A DNA stretch of 64,000 nucleotides, from NCBI RefSeq assembly GCF_006345805.1, contig NC_042999.1, positions 117,924,001 to 117,988,000 of the forward strand, given 5' to 3'. The notes below the pieces were generated by a model. The model made no database searches. It saw only the letters and a list, made by a program, of their open reading frames with translations, and was not told the origin of the DNA. Shown one piece after another: positions 14,351 to 27,434 of this stretch. The stretch's first letter is position 1. The number at the start of each line of letters is the position of its first letter. This DNA comes from Octopus sinensis (Eukaryota). The translations under genes and the position numbers were made by a program.

Positions 14351-14747
14351 GGCGCAGGAATGGCTGTGTGGTAAGTAGCTTGCTAACCAACCACATGGTT
14401 CCGGGTTCAGTCTCACTGCGTGGCATCTTGGGCACGTGTCTTCTGCTATAGCCCCGGGCCGATCAATGCCTTGTGAGTGGATTTGGTAGATGGAAACTGA
14501 AAGAAGCCTGTCGTATATATGTATATATATGTGTGTGTGTATGTGTTTGTGTGTTTGTGTTTGTCCCCCTAGCATTGCTTGACAACCGATGCTGGTGTGT
14601 TTACGTCCCCGTCACTTAGCGGTTCGGCAAAAGAGACCGATAGAATAAGTACTGGGCTTACAAAGAATAAGCCCCGGGGTCGATTTGCTCGACTAAAGGC
14701 GGTGCTCCAGCATGGCCGCAGTCAAATGACTGAAACAAGTAAGAGAG
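14351..14747 (+). mobile_element. Full-length SINE family 1 (tRNA head, CORE-like motif, internal microsatellite)
   Basis: A box TGGCTGTGTGG, B box GGTTCAGTC, CORE-like CTTGGGCACGTG, tail GACTGAAACAAGTAAGAGAG. Confidence 0.9.
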
Positions 14748-16778
14748 TATATCTTAACGCTTTTCTTCTCTTCCTCAAACTTCCTGTTTCTGTCTCTTTT
14801 TCTCTCTCTCTTTCTTCCTCCCTCTCACTTTCTCTCTCTCTCTCGCTCTCTCTCTCTTCTACACTCCGACCAATCACTTTTTTCATGTATCCTATTGTTA
14901 ATCATCTATCTTTATATATTATACTTAATGATTTTAAGCTATTATAAGAATATGTGCAAACACACATAGTAAACCATATGTGTGTTTCATTACTCTTTCT
15001 CTTATTCCTAATTCTCTCACTCACTGTGCGTGCATCCACCTGTCACCCTGTATGTGAGTGTATGTGTGCATGTGTGCGTATGTAAGTATGTGTGAATGGA
15101 AATGTGTACGAGTATGTTCGGTTATATGAGGGAAAGTCTGTGTACGTAATTATGTATGTATGTATGTATGTATGTATGTATGTATGTATGTATGTATGTA
15201 TGTGTGTATGTATGTATGTATGTATGTATGTATGTATGGATGTATGTATGTATGTATGCATGCATTTATGTGCGTATGTGCTTGTATTGTGTTTGTCACG
15301 TGTTTTCTATGCGTAAAAAAATGAAAGTTGTTGTATAGTCAGTTGTATAGAAACTTTCAAAAATGCTACCATTACTATTACTACTACTACTGCTCTTGTT
15401 GTTGTCGTCACCTTTGTCGTCGTGGCAGTGGTGGCGGTGATGGTGGTGCTAGTGGCAATATGGTGGCGTTTTGTGATGTCTTAGAAGTTAATGATATTAC
15501 TACTGTTATTGTTGATATTGTTTAACCTCAAGCAGACCTATGATCAAAAGCATTCGAAATTCCACTTGTGACCATCGTTGCAGTCCTTTTCCATGCATAG
15601 TGTACTCTGGACATCGCTAACCATGATTCACCTTAAGTAATTTCAGAAAGATTGAGTTGTTATTTCCAGCATATTTATTGATCACATGCTGGCAACCTTA
15701 TAATTGTTGCTGACATAACATACGAGGATGCAGTCAAGGCTTTTCAATCATGTGGATCCGGACTTGCTCATTCTCCACGGCATTGTGGAAAAGTTCATTT
15801 ACCAAAGTCACGTGTTGACCCAACTATTGTGAGCGAATTTGTGTAGGTGACAACTGTTTAGCTGTCAGTCGCACTGATTGCACCTGCAAATCAAACGGTG
15901 CAGCCTTGTCACACTTGTGCCACCTTGATTCTATTGGAGAATTAATCCAACGTTACACTTGTCCGTGGAGTACTCGGCCACTTTCCACACAAATTCAGCG
16001 ATAGTTTGTCCAGTTGTTGTGAGCAACTGGGCGATTATGCTGTTCTTGTTTTTGTTTTTTCTGCAGCTACTACTGTTGCTGCTGCTTCTACTGCTACTAC
16101 TGCTACCGCTGCTGTTGCTACTGCTGCTGCTTCTGCTGCTGTTATTGCTGTAGTGTTGCTGCTATTGCAACTGTTGTTGTAATTTGTTGTTGCAGACGTT
16201 GTAATTCCACTTGCAGACCTTGTTGCAGTCGTGTATGTCATTGCTGGTTTACTTTCTGCAGTTTCTGCGTCTGCTACTGCTCCTGTTGCTGCGGCTTCTA
16301 TTACTGCTGCAGCCGTTTCTCTTGCTACTGTTGCTGCTACGATTGCTGCTGTGGTGGTGCTTGCTGCTGCTGTTGTTGTTGCTGCTACAAGTTATTATGA
16401 TTCTCGTTGTAATTGTTGATGCTGTTAATCCTCCTGTTGCAATTACTGCTGCTGTTTCTGTTAATGCAGCTGTCACTAGTATTGCTGTCATCATAATTGA
16501 TGACCTGGTAGTTCTTGCTGTTGTTGCTGCTGTTGTAATTTTTGCTGTTGTTTCCGATGGTGTAGTTATTTCTTGCTGATATAGTAGTTGCTATTTTTTT
16601 ATGGTTTGTGATGTTGCTGTTGTCATTGCTGCGGTTACTACTGCTGCTGCAGCAGCCACTGTTACAGTTTTGGCTACTGCCGGAGCCGTTTTTTAGTTGC
16701 TGATTTTATTGCTGTACTTGCTGTATTTATTGTTGTATAATTAGTAATTTTAGTTGTAATTATGGTTGTTTTAATTAA

Positions 16779-17057
16779 AGCGAGCACTGACAGGATTGTT
16801 AGCATGATGGGGGGTAGAGAATGCGTATCGGCATTTCTTTTGGCTTTATGTTCTGAGTTCAAATACCGCCGAAACGACTTTGCCTTTCATCCTTTCGGGG
16901 TCGATAAATTAAGTACCAGTTGCGTACTGGATCGATCTAATCGACTGGCCCCCTCCCCTTGTGTCTAGAGTAGAAAAGAAAAAAATAAGTGCCAGTTGAG
17001 CACTGGGGTTGATGTAATCGACAAGCCTCCGACCCCAAAATTTTAGTCCTTGTGCTA
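16779..17057 (+). mobile_element. SINE family 2 with a second 3' segment appended
   Basis: GTTCTGAGTTCAAAT..GACTTTGCCTTTCATCCTTTCGGGGTCGATAAATTAAGTACCAG, then a second AATAAGTGCCAGTTGAGCACTGGGG segment. Confidence 0.7.
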
Positions 17058-17470
17058 ATAATGATCATGGCTGTTGTTTTTGTTCTTGTTTCTTCTGCTG
17101 TAGCTCGTGTTGTCTTAGTCATTTGTTCTTATTAGAATATTACTACTACTTTAAAAAGAAATATCGGTAGGTGAAGGTAGTGCCAATGACCCACTACTGC
17201 TGCATTTGAAACTGGTAAGAGGAAGAGATGAAGCTATCCTCTATCCAGACACCTAGCCCAAACGCTTGCAACGAATTGGAATCCACAACAGGCTACTTAG
17301 TCTCCAGGTGTTGGGGGCTATGATCACCACCTACATAGGCTATGGAAAGATTTCTACTCACAATACACAGAGCCGGAAGAAACACCCTCAGCCACCAAGC
17401 GCATCATTTGTACAACTCCGCCAATCTACTCCGCCAGCATCGTATTGGGCCGAAAATGTATATATTTATT

Positions 17471-17833
17471 GGCGCAGGCGTGGCTGTGTGGTAAGTAGCT
17501 AAGTATCTTGCTTACAAACCACATGGATCCGGATTCGGCCCCACTGCGTGGCACCTTAGGCAATTGTCTTCTATATAGCTCCGGGCCGACCAAAGTCTTG
17601 TGAGTGAACTTGGTAGACGGAAACTAAAAGAAGCCTGTCGTATGTGTGTATGCATGTATGTGTGTGTTCCTCCAGCATCGCTTGAGAACCGATGTTGGTG
17701 AGTTTACTTAGCAGTTCGGCAAAAGATATCCGATAGAATAAATAGTAGGCTTACAACGAATAAGTCCTGGTTTCGATTTGTTCGACTAAAGGCGGTTCTC
17801 CAGCATGGCCGCAGTCAACAAATAAAAGAAAAG
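17471..17833 (+). mobile_element. SINE family 1
   Basis: Starts GGCGCAGGCGTGGCTGTGTGG and is collinear with the 14351 copy. Confidence 0.85.
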
Positions 17834-17835
17834 TA

Positions 17836-17945
<110 letters not shown>

Positions 17946-19330
17946 ATATATGTATATATGTATGTATGTATACATATACCTATATATGTAGTTGACGCTG
18001 AAAATATGAATTGTAAATTGAGCTCGGCGGGATTTGAACTGAGCACGCAGCCAGTCGGAAGAAGTACCATGAAGTACCACGAAGCGTTGTCTGAACCCCT
18101 AGCAACTGTCAATTCATCACCTGAATTGCTATTGGCTTGCCGGTGTTGTAGTTGTTCTGGTGGTTATTTCTCTGCAACTGTTATTGTCATAGTTTTTAAT
18201 GTTGTTGCTCTTTCAACTGTTGCGAACGCTGTGCTTGTAGCAACTCCTGCAGCTACTGTTGTTGTTGTTGTTGATGTTGCTGCTGCTGATGTTGTTGTTG
18301 CTGCTGCTGCGACTGTTGCTTTTATTGCACCTGCATCTGTGTTTTGCTGCTGTTGCTGTTGTTGTTCTTGTTGATGCTACTATCGATGTTGTTAATGCTG
18401 TTGGGGTTAGTGTTTTTCCTGCTGTAGTAGTAGTAGTAGTAGTAGTAATAGTAGTAGTTGCTGTTGTTGTTGTTGTTGCTGCTGCTGCTATTGCACAGCT
18501 AGTACAGCAATGGTCGATGAGACCTATGACCAAAGTAATTTCGAATGTGACCGTCCAATTTGTGCATATTCAGGCCTATATAAGCCAATACGTACTTTGA
18601 TTTTTAAAAGCAACAGTGGTGCGATAGAAAAGTATTGGCTGCTATTTTTGCAGGTCAAACCACTACATAGAGGCTACCGCACTGGCTCGTTGTAATAGCA
18701 GCAGCAGCAGTAAGACTACTACTAGTAGTAGTAGTAGTAGTAGTTTTTGTTGTTGATGGTGTTGTTGTTGTTGGTGGTGGTGGTGGTGGTAGTGTTGGTT
18801 GTGCTGTTCTTATTCTATGATTGTTGTCGGCAGCTGTGGCCCTTTCTTGTAACATATTTAGATTTGCGTAGGTGGGAGGTGAGGTGGAGAATAGATCAGT
18901 ACCAGCGGAGGCGGCAGCAGAGAAGCAACAACAACAGCAACAATAACATCAGCAGCAGCAGCAACAACAACAACAGCACCAACAACAACAAAAACAGATG
19001 ATGCAAAAGTAACAAGTGTTAATGCTACGTGCTTGCATAATCTTACACTCTTTTTTAACGTAGATGCATATGTCAATATACATACATACATGCACACATA
19101 TATGCATCGATAGACTAATACTCGGCCGCAGAAATATCCAAGGACATAAATGTGCCAGTGTGCACATGCACACGTACACACACACAATCACACATACACT
19201 CACACACGCACGCACGACCACACACAAAGACACACTAAAACATACATTTATATATATGCATGTATATACATATAATACATAAATAGATTGTATGAGTGTG
19301 TGTGTGTATGTGTGTGTGTGTGTATATATA

Positions 19331-19373
<43 letters not shown>

Positions 19374-19375
<2 letters not shown>

Positions 19376-19823
19376 CGTGGCTGTCTGGTAAAAAGCTTGC
19401 TTCTCAACCACATGGTTCCGTGTTCAGTCCCACTGCGTAGCACCGTGGGAAAGTGTCTTCTACTATAGCCTCGGGTCGACCAGAGTCTTGTGAGTGAACT
19501 TGGTAGACGGAAACTGAAAGAAGCCCGTCGTATATATGTATATATATATGTGTGTGTGTGTGTCTGTGTGTGTATGTGTGTGTGTGTGTATGTGTGTGTG
19601 TGTGTGTGTGTGTGCCTGTGTTTGCCTTCCCACCAACATCGCTTGACATCTGATGCTGGTGTGTTTACGTCCCCGTAACTTAGCGGTTCGACAAAAAGAG
19701 TACCGTTAGCATAAGTACTAGGCTTACAAAGAATAAGTCCTGGGGTCGATTTGCTCGACTAAAAGGTGGTGCTCCAGCATGGCCGCAGTCAAATGACTAA
19801 AACAAATAAAAGAATAAAAGAAT
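19374..19823 (+). mobile_element. SINE family 1
   Basis: Collinear with the 14351 copy and lies after a (TA)n run. Confidence 0.9.
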
Positions 19824-20793
19824 ATATATACATATACATGTATATATATGCATGTGTTGCCTTTTATAACTATCTATAAACTTCATTTATCGGTCTCTCT
19901 GTATGTCTGTCTTTTTGTTTATCTTCTTTTCATCCATCCTATTACCTTTTTGTATTTCTATATCATTTTCACGCTACATATCTTCCCCTCTATCTCTTTA
20001 ACTACGTCTCAGTTTGTCTGTGTGTCTCTAACTCCATCCCATCTCCCTCTGTCTCTAATCTTCCCTCCTCCCTCCTTCTCTGTGTTTTTATACATAACAA
20101 GGAATGCACAACCCCTTCCGTGGTCTAGCAAGGTTATCACTAAAACACTCCTTCGTGTATTCCCACCTAGATTAAACGAACGATGCAGCTGTCGCAGTGG
20201 TCGCTGCTGATAGTAATTTTGCTGCAGCCGATGTTGTTGCAACTTCTGCAGTTTTTTCTTATTGTTATTGGATTGTTCTTGTGATTGGCGTTGTTCTGGC
20301 TTTGTTGCCCCTGTTGATGACCCTGCTGCAACTGTTGAAATCCTGTCATTCTATCCAGTTTCCTAACTTCTGAGCTATAAAAAAAAATGGCAAAATAGAA
20401 CGGACGATGGAAAGAAGAGAGAGAGAGAGAGAAAGATCGAGAGCGAGCGGGTGGGAGATAGAAAGAGAGAGAGGGGGGAATGAAAGAGAAGAAAGAGACA
20501 GAAGCGATGCGAGTAAGATCGAAAGAAAGTTAGAAAGCAAATGTGAAGAAAACTCGACAGTACAAACCCAAAGCATTTACACGTGTCTACAAGCTGGATC
20601 TTTGCACACACACAAACACACACACGCACAAACGCACGCACACACGTAAACACACACGTACACACACATACATACACACATGCATATTCAAGGCACACAC
20701 AAGCACGTGCACAAAAACACATACACGTGTACACACATCTGAACTCATATGTATACAAATACGTACATGTACACAGAAAAAAAGGACACAGTT

Positions 20794-21021
20794 ACTCTTT
20801 TACTCTTTTACTTGTTTCAGTCATTTAATTGCAGCCATGCTGGAGCACCGCCTTTAGTCGAGCAAATCGACCCCACGACTTATTCTTTGTAAGCCTAGTA
20901 CTTATTCTATCGGTCTCTTTTGCCGAACCGCTAAGTTACAGGGACGTAAACACACCAGCATCGATTGTCAAGCGATGCTGGGGGTACAAACACAGACACA
21001 AACACACACACACACACACAC

Positions 21022-21080
<59 letters not shown>

Positions 21081-21235
21081 GACGGGCTTCTTTTCAGTTT
21101 CCGTCTACCAAATCCACTCACGAGGCTTTGGTCGACCCGAGGCTATAGTAGAAGACACTTTCCCAATGTGCCACGCAGTGGGGCTGAACCCGGAACCATG
21201 TGGTTGATAAGCAAGCTACTTACCACCCCTGCGCC
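20794..21235 (-). mobile_element. SINE family 1
   Basis: Reverse complement of the family 1 sequence. Partial duplicate at 23109-23500. Confidence 0.9.
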
Positions 21236-21304
21236 TATACATTGTATACATTTATTATATGCATACCACCCCCACGTGATAATGCATGTGTATACACATA
21301 TATA

Positions 21305-21521
21305 CGAAGGATGCTGAAGGGTTCCTGGCTTTAAGGGTGTCGCGAAAGGCCTGGTTGGAGTCCCATCCGTCCGAGTTCTTTTACAGGACTTAGATGAAAT
21401 TGAAGCACCGCTGCAATCAGTGTGTGAATTTGAGTGAGGATTATGCTGAATAAAATCATAATTAACTGATTCTCTTGAATTTTCTTTTACCCAAAGCCAG
21501 GAACTTTTCAGCACGCTCTCG
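21305..21521 (+). mobile_element. Mariner-derived MITE
   Basis: TA-flanked ~28-bp imperfect TIRs CGAAGGATGCTGAAGGGTTCCTGGCTTT / AAAGCCAGGAACTTTTCAGCACGCTCTCG. Internal LKHRCNQCVNLSEDYAE* resembles a mariner transposase C-terminus. Duplicate at 23570-23784. Confidence 0.75.
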
Positions 21522-21627
21522 TATATGTGTGTATGTATGTGTGTTTGTGTATTTCGATTTACGCGCACACATATATGAACATGTCTACAATACCAACACA
21601 CACAGACACATGTATGCGTGTATATAT

Positions 21628-21695
<68 letters not shown>

Positions 21696-21922
21696 GGGAG
21701 AGTTACGGAAAAAAAAACAAAAGACGAAGACAGGTGGTGTATAAAACAAACAGATGTATTAGTATAACGCTCAGGAATAGAAAAAGTATTTTACGTTTCG
21801 AGAAAGAGACAGAAAAAAACAATGTGAGAAAAAATGTGTGTAGTGGCTACCGATCTATCAGGGCGACTGATATATATATATATATGTGTGGGTGTGTGTG
21901 TGTATGTATAATATGTGTGTAT

Positions 21923-21974
<52 letters not shown>

Positions 21975-21979
21975 TATTA

Positions 21980-22019
<40 letters not shown>

Positions 22020-22033
22020 ATATATTATATATC

Positions 22034-22069
<36 letters not shown>

Positions 22070-22443
22070 ATATGTATATATTTCTCCTGTTGATTCTCTG
22101 GCACGGAAACACCTTAATTCAGTGTCTGAAATTTGGCAACCGAAATTGCTGAGCACATTGGTGTAGAAACCAGACTTAAGACATTTACTACTCGAAACTT
22201 AAGAAATTTCGAACTGTTTATACTGGAATAGCTTTGCTTTACATCGGCTACGTGTGCATAGAAACCGATATACTCGAAAGGTCCAGCTGACGAGAGAATA
22301 CATATGTGCCTGTATACATCCGTGTACCCCAAACAAACTGAATTTACTCAAGCGCAACATAAAATGTATTATTGTAAAATGTTTACCTTCGTAAATTCTC
22401 CAGATTACTTCAGTTTACATTGTATATATACATATAAATGTAT

Positions 22444-22861
22444 ATAACAAAATAGTAAATAAAACATATGCATATATACAAACATATATGTACGTACCTA
22501 CATCTATATGTATATATACATGCATATATGGGTACAGGACACCAAAAAAAAACGTCGATCACAATGAGAAACGAAAACATAAACACAAAACCAAGGAAAT
22601 GGACATTTTTCTTAAACAACGAAAAAAAAAAGACATACAACACAAGGAACATTCCCCTTCTTCAGCCGCCTCTGTTTTTTCGTTGTTTAAGAAAAATGTC
22701 CATTTCCTTGGTTTTCAGTTTATGTTTTCGTTTTTCATTGTGTTCGACGATTTTTTTTTTTTTGGTGTCCTGTACCCATATATGCATGTTATATATACAT
22801 ATAGATGTAGGTACGTACATATATGTTGTGTATATATGCATATGTTTTATTTTTTTGTTAT
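22444..22861. repeat. ~185-bp-arm imperfect inverted repeat (duplicate at ~24634-25052)
   Basis: Arms containing GGGTACAGGACACC...TTAAACAACGAAAAAA and their reverse complement flank a ~45-bp spacer. The same family occurs uninverted at ~9480-9785. Confidence 0.8.
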
Positions 22862-22967
22862 TATATGATAGAACGCATGCATCCACTTCTAAGTAAGTTG
22901 TGAATCGTTAACTCCTGCACGCATTTTTTTTTCTCTCCTTGCTTCTCTCCGTGTTTCTTTCTGTGTA

Positions 22968-23005
22968 TCTTTCTGTTGAAGAGCGCAGGCTCGAAACGTA
23001 AAAGA
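22968..23005 (+). ncRNA. Minimal hammerhead-like motif lacking helix III (copies at 25160-25197 + and 52409-52446 -)
   Basis: TCTTT-CTGTTGA-A-GAGC gcag GCTC-GAAAC GTA-AAAGA. The core deviates from CUGANGA. Confidence 0.45.
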
Positions 23006-23270
23006 CTGGTTTTATTTCTATTCCTTAACCCCATACTAATACAATTGTTTGTTTGTACTCCACCTGCCTTCGTCTTTTGTTTATTTTCGTAAAGCTTCCC
23101 TTTATATGTGCTGGAGCACCGCCTTTAGTCGAGCAAATCGACCCCACGACTTATTCTTTGTAAGCCTAGTACTTATTCTATCGGTCTCTTTTGCCGAACC
23201 GCTAAGTTACAGGGACGTAAACACAACCAGCATCGATTGTCAAGCGATGCTGGGGGTACAAACACAGACA

Positions 23271-23301
<31 letters not shown>

Positions 23302-23310
23302 CACACACAC

Positions 23311-23344
<34 letters not shown>

Positions 23345-23882
23345 CGACGGGCTTCTTTTCAGTTTCCGTCTACCAAATCCACTCACGAGGCTTTGGTCGA
23401 CCCGAGGCTATAGTAGAAGACACTTTCCCAATGTGCCACGCAGTGGGGCTGAACCCGGAACCATGTGGTTGATAAGCAAGCTACTTACCACCCCTGCGCC
23501 TATACATTGTATACATTTATTATATGCATACCACCCCCCACGTGATAATGCATGTGTATACCATATATACGAAGGATGCTGAAGGGTTCCTGCTTTAAGG
23601 GTGTCGCGAAAGGCCTGGTTGGAATCCCATCCGTCCGAGTTCTTTTACAGGACTTAGATGAAATTGAAGCACCGCTGCAATCAGTGTGTGAATTTGAGTG
23701 AGGATTATGCTGAATAAAATCATAATTAACTGATTCTCTTGAATTTTCTTTTACCCAAGCCAGGAACTTTTCAGCACGCTCTCGTATATGTGTGTATGTA
23801 TGTGTGTTTGTGTATTTCGATTACGCGCACACATATATGAACATGTCTACAATACCAACACACACAGACACATGTATGCGTG

Positions 23883-23961
<79 letters not shown>

Positions 23962-24174
23962 AGAGTTCACGAAAAAACAAAAGACGAAGACAGGTGGTGT
24001 ATAAAACAAACAGATGTATTAGTATAACGCTCAGGAATAGAAAAAGTCTTTTACGTTTCGAGAAAGAGACAGAAAAAAACAATGTGAGAAAAAATGTGTG
24101 TAGTGGCTACCGATCTATCAGGGCGACTGATATATATATATATATATGTGTGTGTGTGGTGTGTGTATATAATA

Positions 24175-24269
<95 letters not shown>

Positions 24270-25347
24270 ATATTTCTCCTGTTGATTCTCTGGCACGGAA
24301 ACACCTTAATTCAGTGTCTGAAATTTGGCAACCGAAATTGCTGAGCACATTGGTGTAGAAACCAGACTTAAGACATTTACTACTCGAAACTTAAGAAATT
24401 TCGAACTGTTTATACTGAATAGCTTTGCTTTACATCGGCTACGTTGCATAGAAACCGATATACTCGAAAGGTCCAGCTGACGAGAGAATACATATGTGCC
24501 TGTATACATCCGTGTACCCCAAACAAACTGAATTTACTCAAGCGCAACATAAAATGTATTATTGTAAAATGTTTACCTTCGTAAATTCTCCAGATTACTT
24601 CAGTTTACATTGTATATATACATATAAATGTATATAACAAATAGTAAATAAAACATATGCATATATACAAACATATATGTACGTACCTACATCTATATGT
24701 ATATATACATGCATATATGGGTACAGGACACACCAAAAAAAAAACGTCGATCACAATGAGAAACGAAAACATAAACAAAACCAAGGAAATGGACATTTTT
24801 CTAAACAACGAAAAAAAAAAAAGACATACAACACAAGGAACATTCCCCTTCTTCAGCCGCCTCTGTTTTTTCGTTGTTTAAGAAAAATGTCCATTTCCTT
24901 GGTTTTCAGTTTATGTTTTCGTTTTTCATTGTGTTCGACGATTTTTTTTTTTGGTGTCCTGTACCCATATATGCATGTATATATACATATAGATGTAGGT
25001 ACGTACATATATGTTTGTATATATGCATATGTTTTATTTATTATTTTGTTATTATATGATAGAACGCATGCATCCACTTCTAAGTAAGTTGTTGAATCGT
25101 TAACTCCTGCACGCATTTTTTTTTCTCTCCTTGCTTCTCTCCGTGTTTCTTTCTGTGTATCTTTCTGTTGAAGAGCGCAGGCTCGAAACGTAAAAGACTG
25201 GTTTTATTTCTATTCCTTAACCCCATACTAATACAATTGTTTGTTTGTACTCCACCTGCCTTCGTCTTTTGTTTATTTTCGTAAAGCTTCCCTTTATATA
25301 TGTGTATATATATATCTATATATATGAATGTGTTTGTATGCATATAT

Positions 25348-25380
<33 letters not shown>

Positions 25381-25458
25381 GATAAATATTAGGGAATAAA
25401 TCCAAATTTACAAGGAAAAATCAGGGTTAAGATTGAATCCAATTTTATAGTAAAATAT

Positions 25459-25843
25459 TATATTATAATAAATTAGAGACAAAACCATTATTATGCAAAT
25501 CAAACAAAGAAAGACTTAAGCCAATACATAAATAATTTATATAAATTAAATTTAACAAATGAATAACCACTACGATCGTTTCGTGTCAGCACATCTTAGA
25601 CATTCTTCAGGTGGTGGTTTCTAAACCTTCTTAGCGAGTTTTAAACTATGAACTCATAGTTTAAACTCGCTAAGAAGGTTTAGAAACCACCTGAAGAATG
25701 TCTAAGATGTGCTGACACGAAACGATCGTAGTGGTTATTCATTTGTTAAATTTAATTTATATAAATTATTTATGTATTGGCTTAAGTCTTTCTTTGTTTG
25801 ATTTGCATAATAATGGTTTTGTCTCTAATTTATTATAATATAT
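25459..25843. repeat. Near-perfect palindrome with ~190-bp arms and a 2-bp spacer
   Basis: Centre AAACTATGA-ac-TCATAGTTT at 25643-25662. The arms differ only by small indels. Confidence 0.9.
25685..25736 (+). ncRNA. Type I hammerhead ribozyme (Penelope-type); inverted copy at 25565-25615 (-)
   Basis: P1 AACCAC/GTGGTT, core CTGAAGA, P2 TGTC/GACA, GAAAC-GATC-GTA with palindromic loop III and GUA cleavage triplet. Confidence 0.75.
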
Positions 25844-25898
25844 ATATATATATATATAATATATATAAAGTCAATCCAAACAAGAATATATATATACA

Positions 25899-25959
<61 letters not shown>

Positions 25960-25963
25960 GATA

Positions 25964-26005
<42 letters not shown>

Positions 26006-26030
26006 TATATGTAAATATATATATGTGCAT

Positions 26031-26437
26031 ACTCTCTTTACTTCACTTGTTTCAGTCATGTGACTGTAGTCATGCTGGAGCACCGCCTTGAGTCGAGCAA
26101 ATCGACCTCAGGACCTATACTTTGTAAGCCTAGTACTTATTCTATCGGTTTATTTTGCCGAACCGCTAAGTTATCGGGAAATAAACACACCAGTATCGGT
26201 TGTCAAGCAATGTTGGGGGGGGGACAAATACAGACACACAAACATATATACACATACATATAAATACATATATACGACGGGCTTCTTTCAGTTTCCTTCT
26301 ACCAAATCCACTCACAAGGCTTTGGTCGGCCCGAGGCTATAGTAGAAGACACTTGCCCAAGGTCCCAAGCAGTGGGACTGAACCCGGAACCATGTGGTTC
26401 ATAAGCAAGCTACTTACCACACAGCCACTCCTACGCC
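26031..26437 (-). mobile_element. SINE family 1
   Basis: Reverse complement of family 1, full length. Confidence 0.9.
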
Positions 26438-26794
26438 TATTCGAACTGTTTATACTGAAATAGCTTTACTTTACGTTGGCTACGTGTGTTTAGAAACCGA
26501 TATACTTTAAGCAAATGACTCTCGAAAGATCCAGCTGACGAACAGCCTACGCGTGTGTCTGTTTACACCGCGTACCCCAAACAAACTTAATTTACTCAAG
26601 GGCAACATAAAATGTATTATTGTAAAATGTTTACCTTCGTAAATTCTCCAGATTACTTCAGTTTACATAGTATGTATATATATGTGTGTGTGTGTGCGTA
26701 TGCATATATATATATATATTATATATATATTATATATATATATATATAATAATATATATATAATATATATATGTATATATATATAGCATATATA

Positions 26795-26861
<67 letters not shown>

Positions 26862-26952
26862 GTATATGTATTTATATATATACATATATATGTATAGATA
26901 TATATATATATATTATATGTATTTGTATATATATGTGTATATGTATATATAT

Positions 26953-26986
<34 letters not shown>

Positions 26987-27376
26987 ATATATATATATAT
27001 ACCGAAGAGATTTGTTTTTAATCTATCTGTACCTATGTTTATGTCACCCAAATAGCTTAGATACACTTCACAAAATCCATTTGTTCTTTGCTTAATCGTT
27101 CACTTCCCATACATGCATGCACACACCTAAGCAGCTATGTATTTCAAATCAACAAACAGGTAGGCAAACATCTTAAATTACCACTCCCAGATCTCATTAT
27201 TCGTTTAATCCCCACATTGAAGTAAACAAATTTATCAAGAATTCTTGACTTCCTGACACTTTGCTACAAACAGCTCACATTTCTTTACACATTCATTCAT
27301 ATATACATACATACATGCATACACAAACGCGCACACTTACACACTCATGCACACATACACACACACACGCACACAC

Positions 27377-27413
<37 letters not shown>

Positions 27414-27434
27414 CACATATATATATATATATTA

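Larger units (their letters stand above)
20838..25299. repeat. ~2.2-kb tandem duplication (20838-23108 / 23109-25299)
   Basis: SINE, MITE, inverted repeat and hammerhead repeat recur in the same order and are near identical. The second unit starts mid-SINE at TGCTGGAGCACC. Confidence 0.9.
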
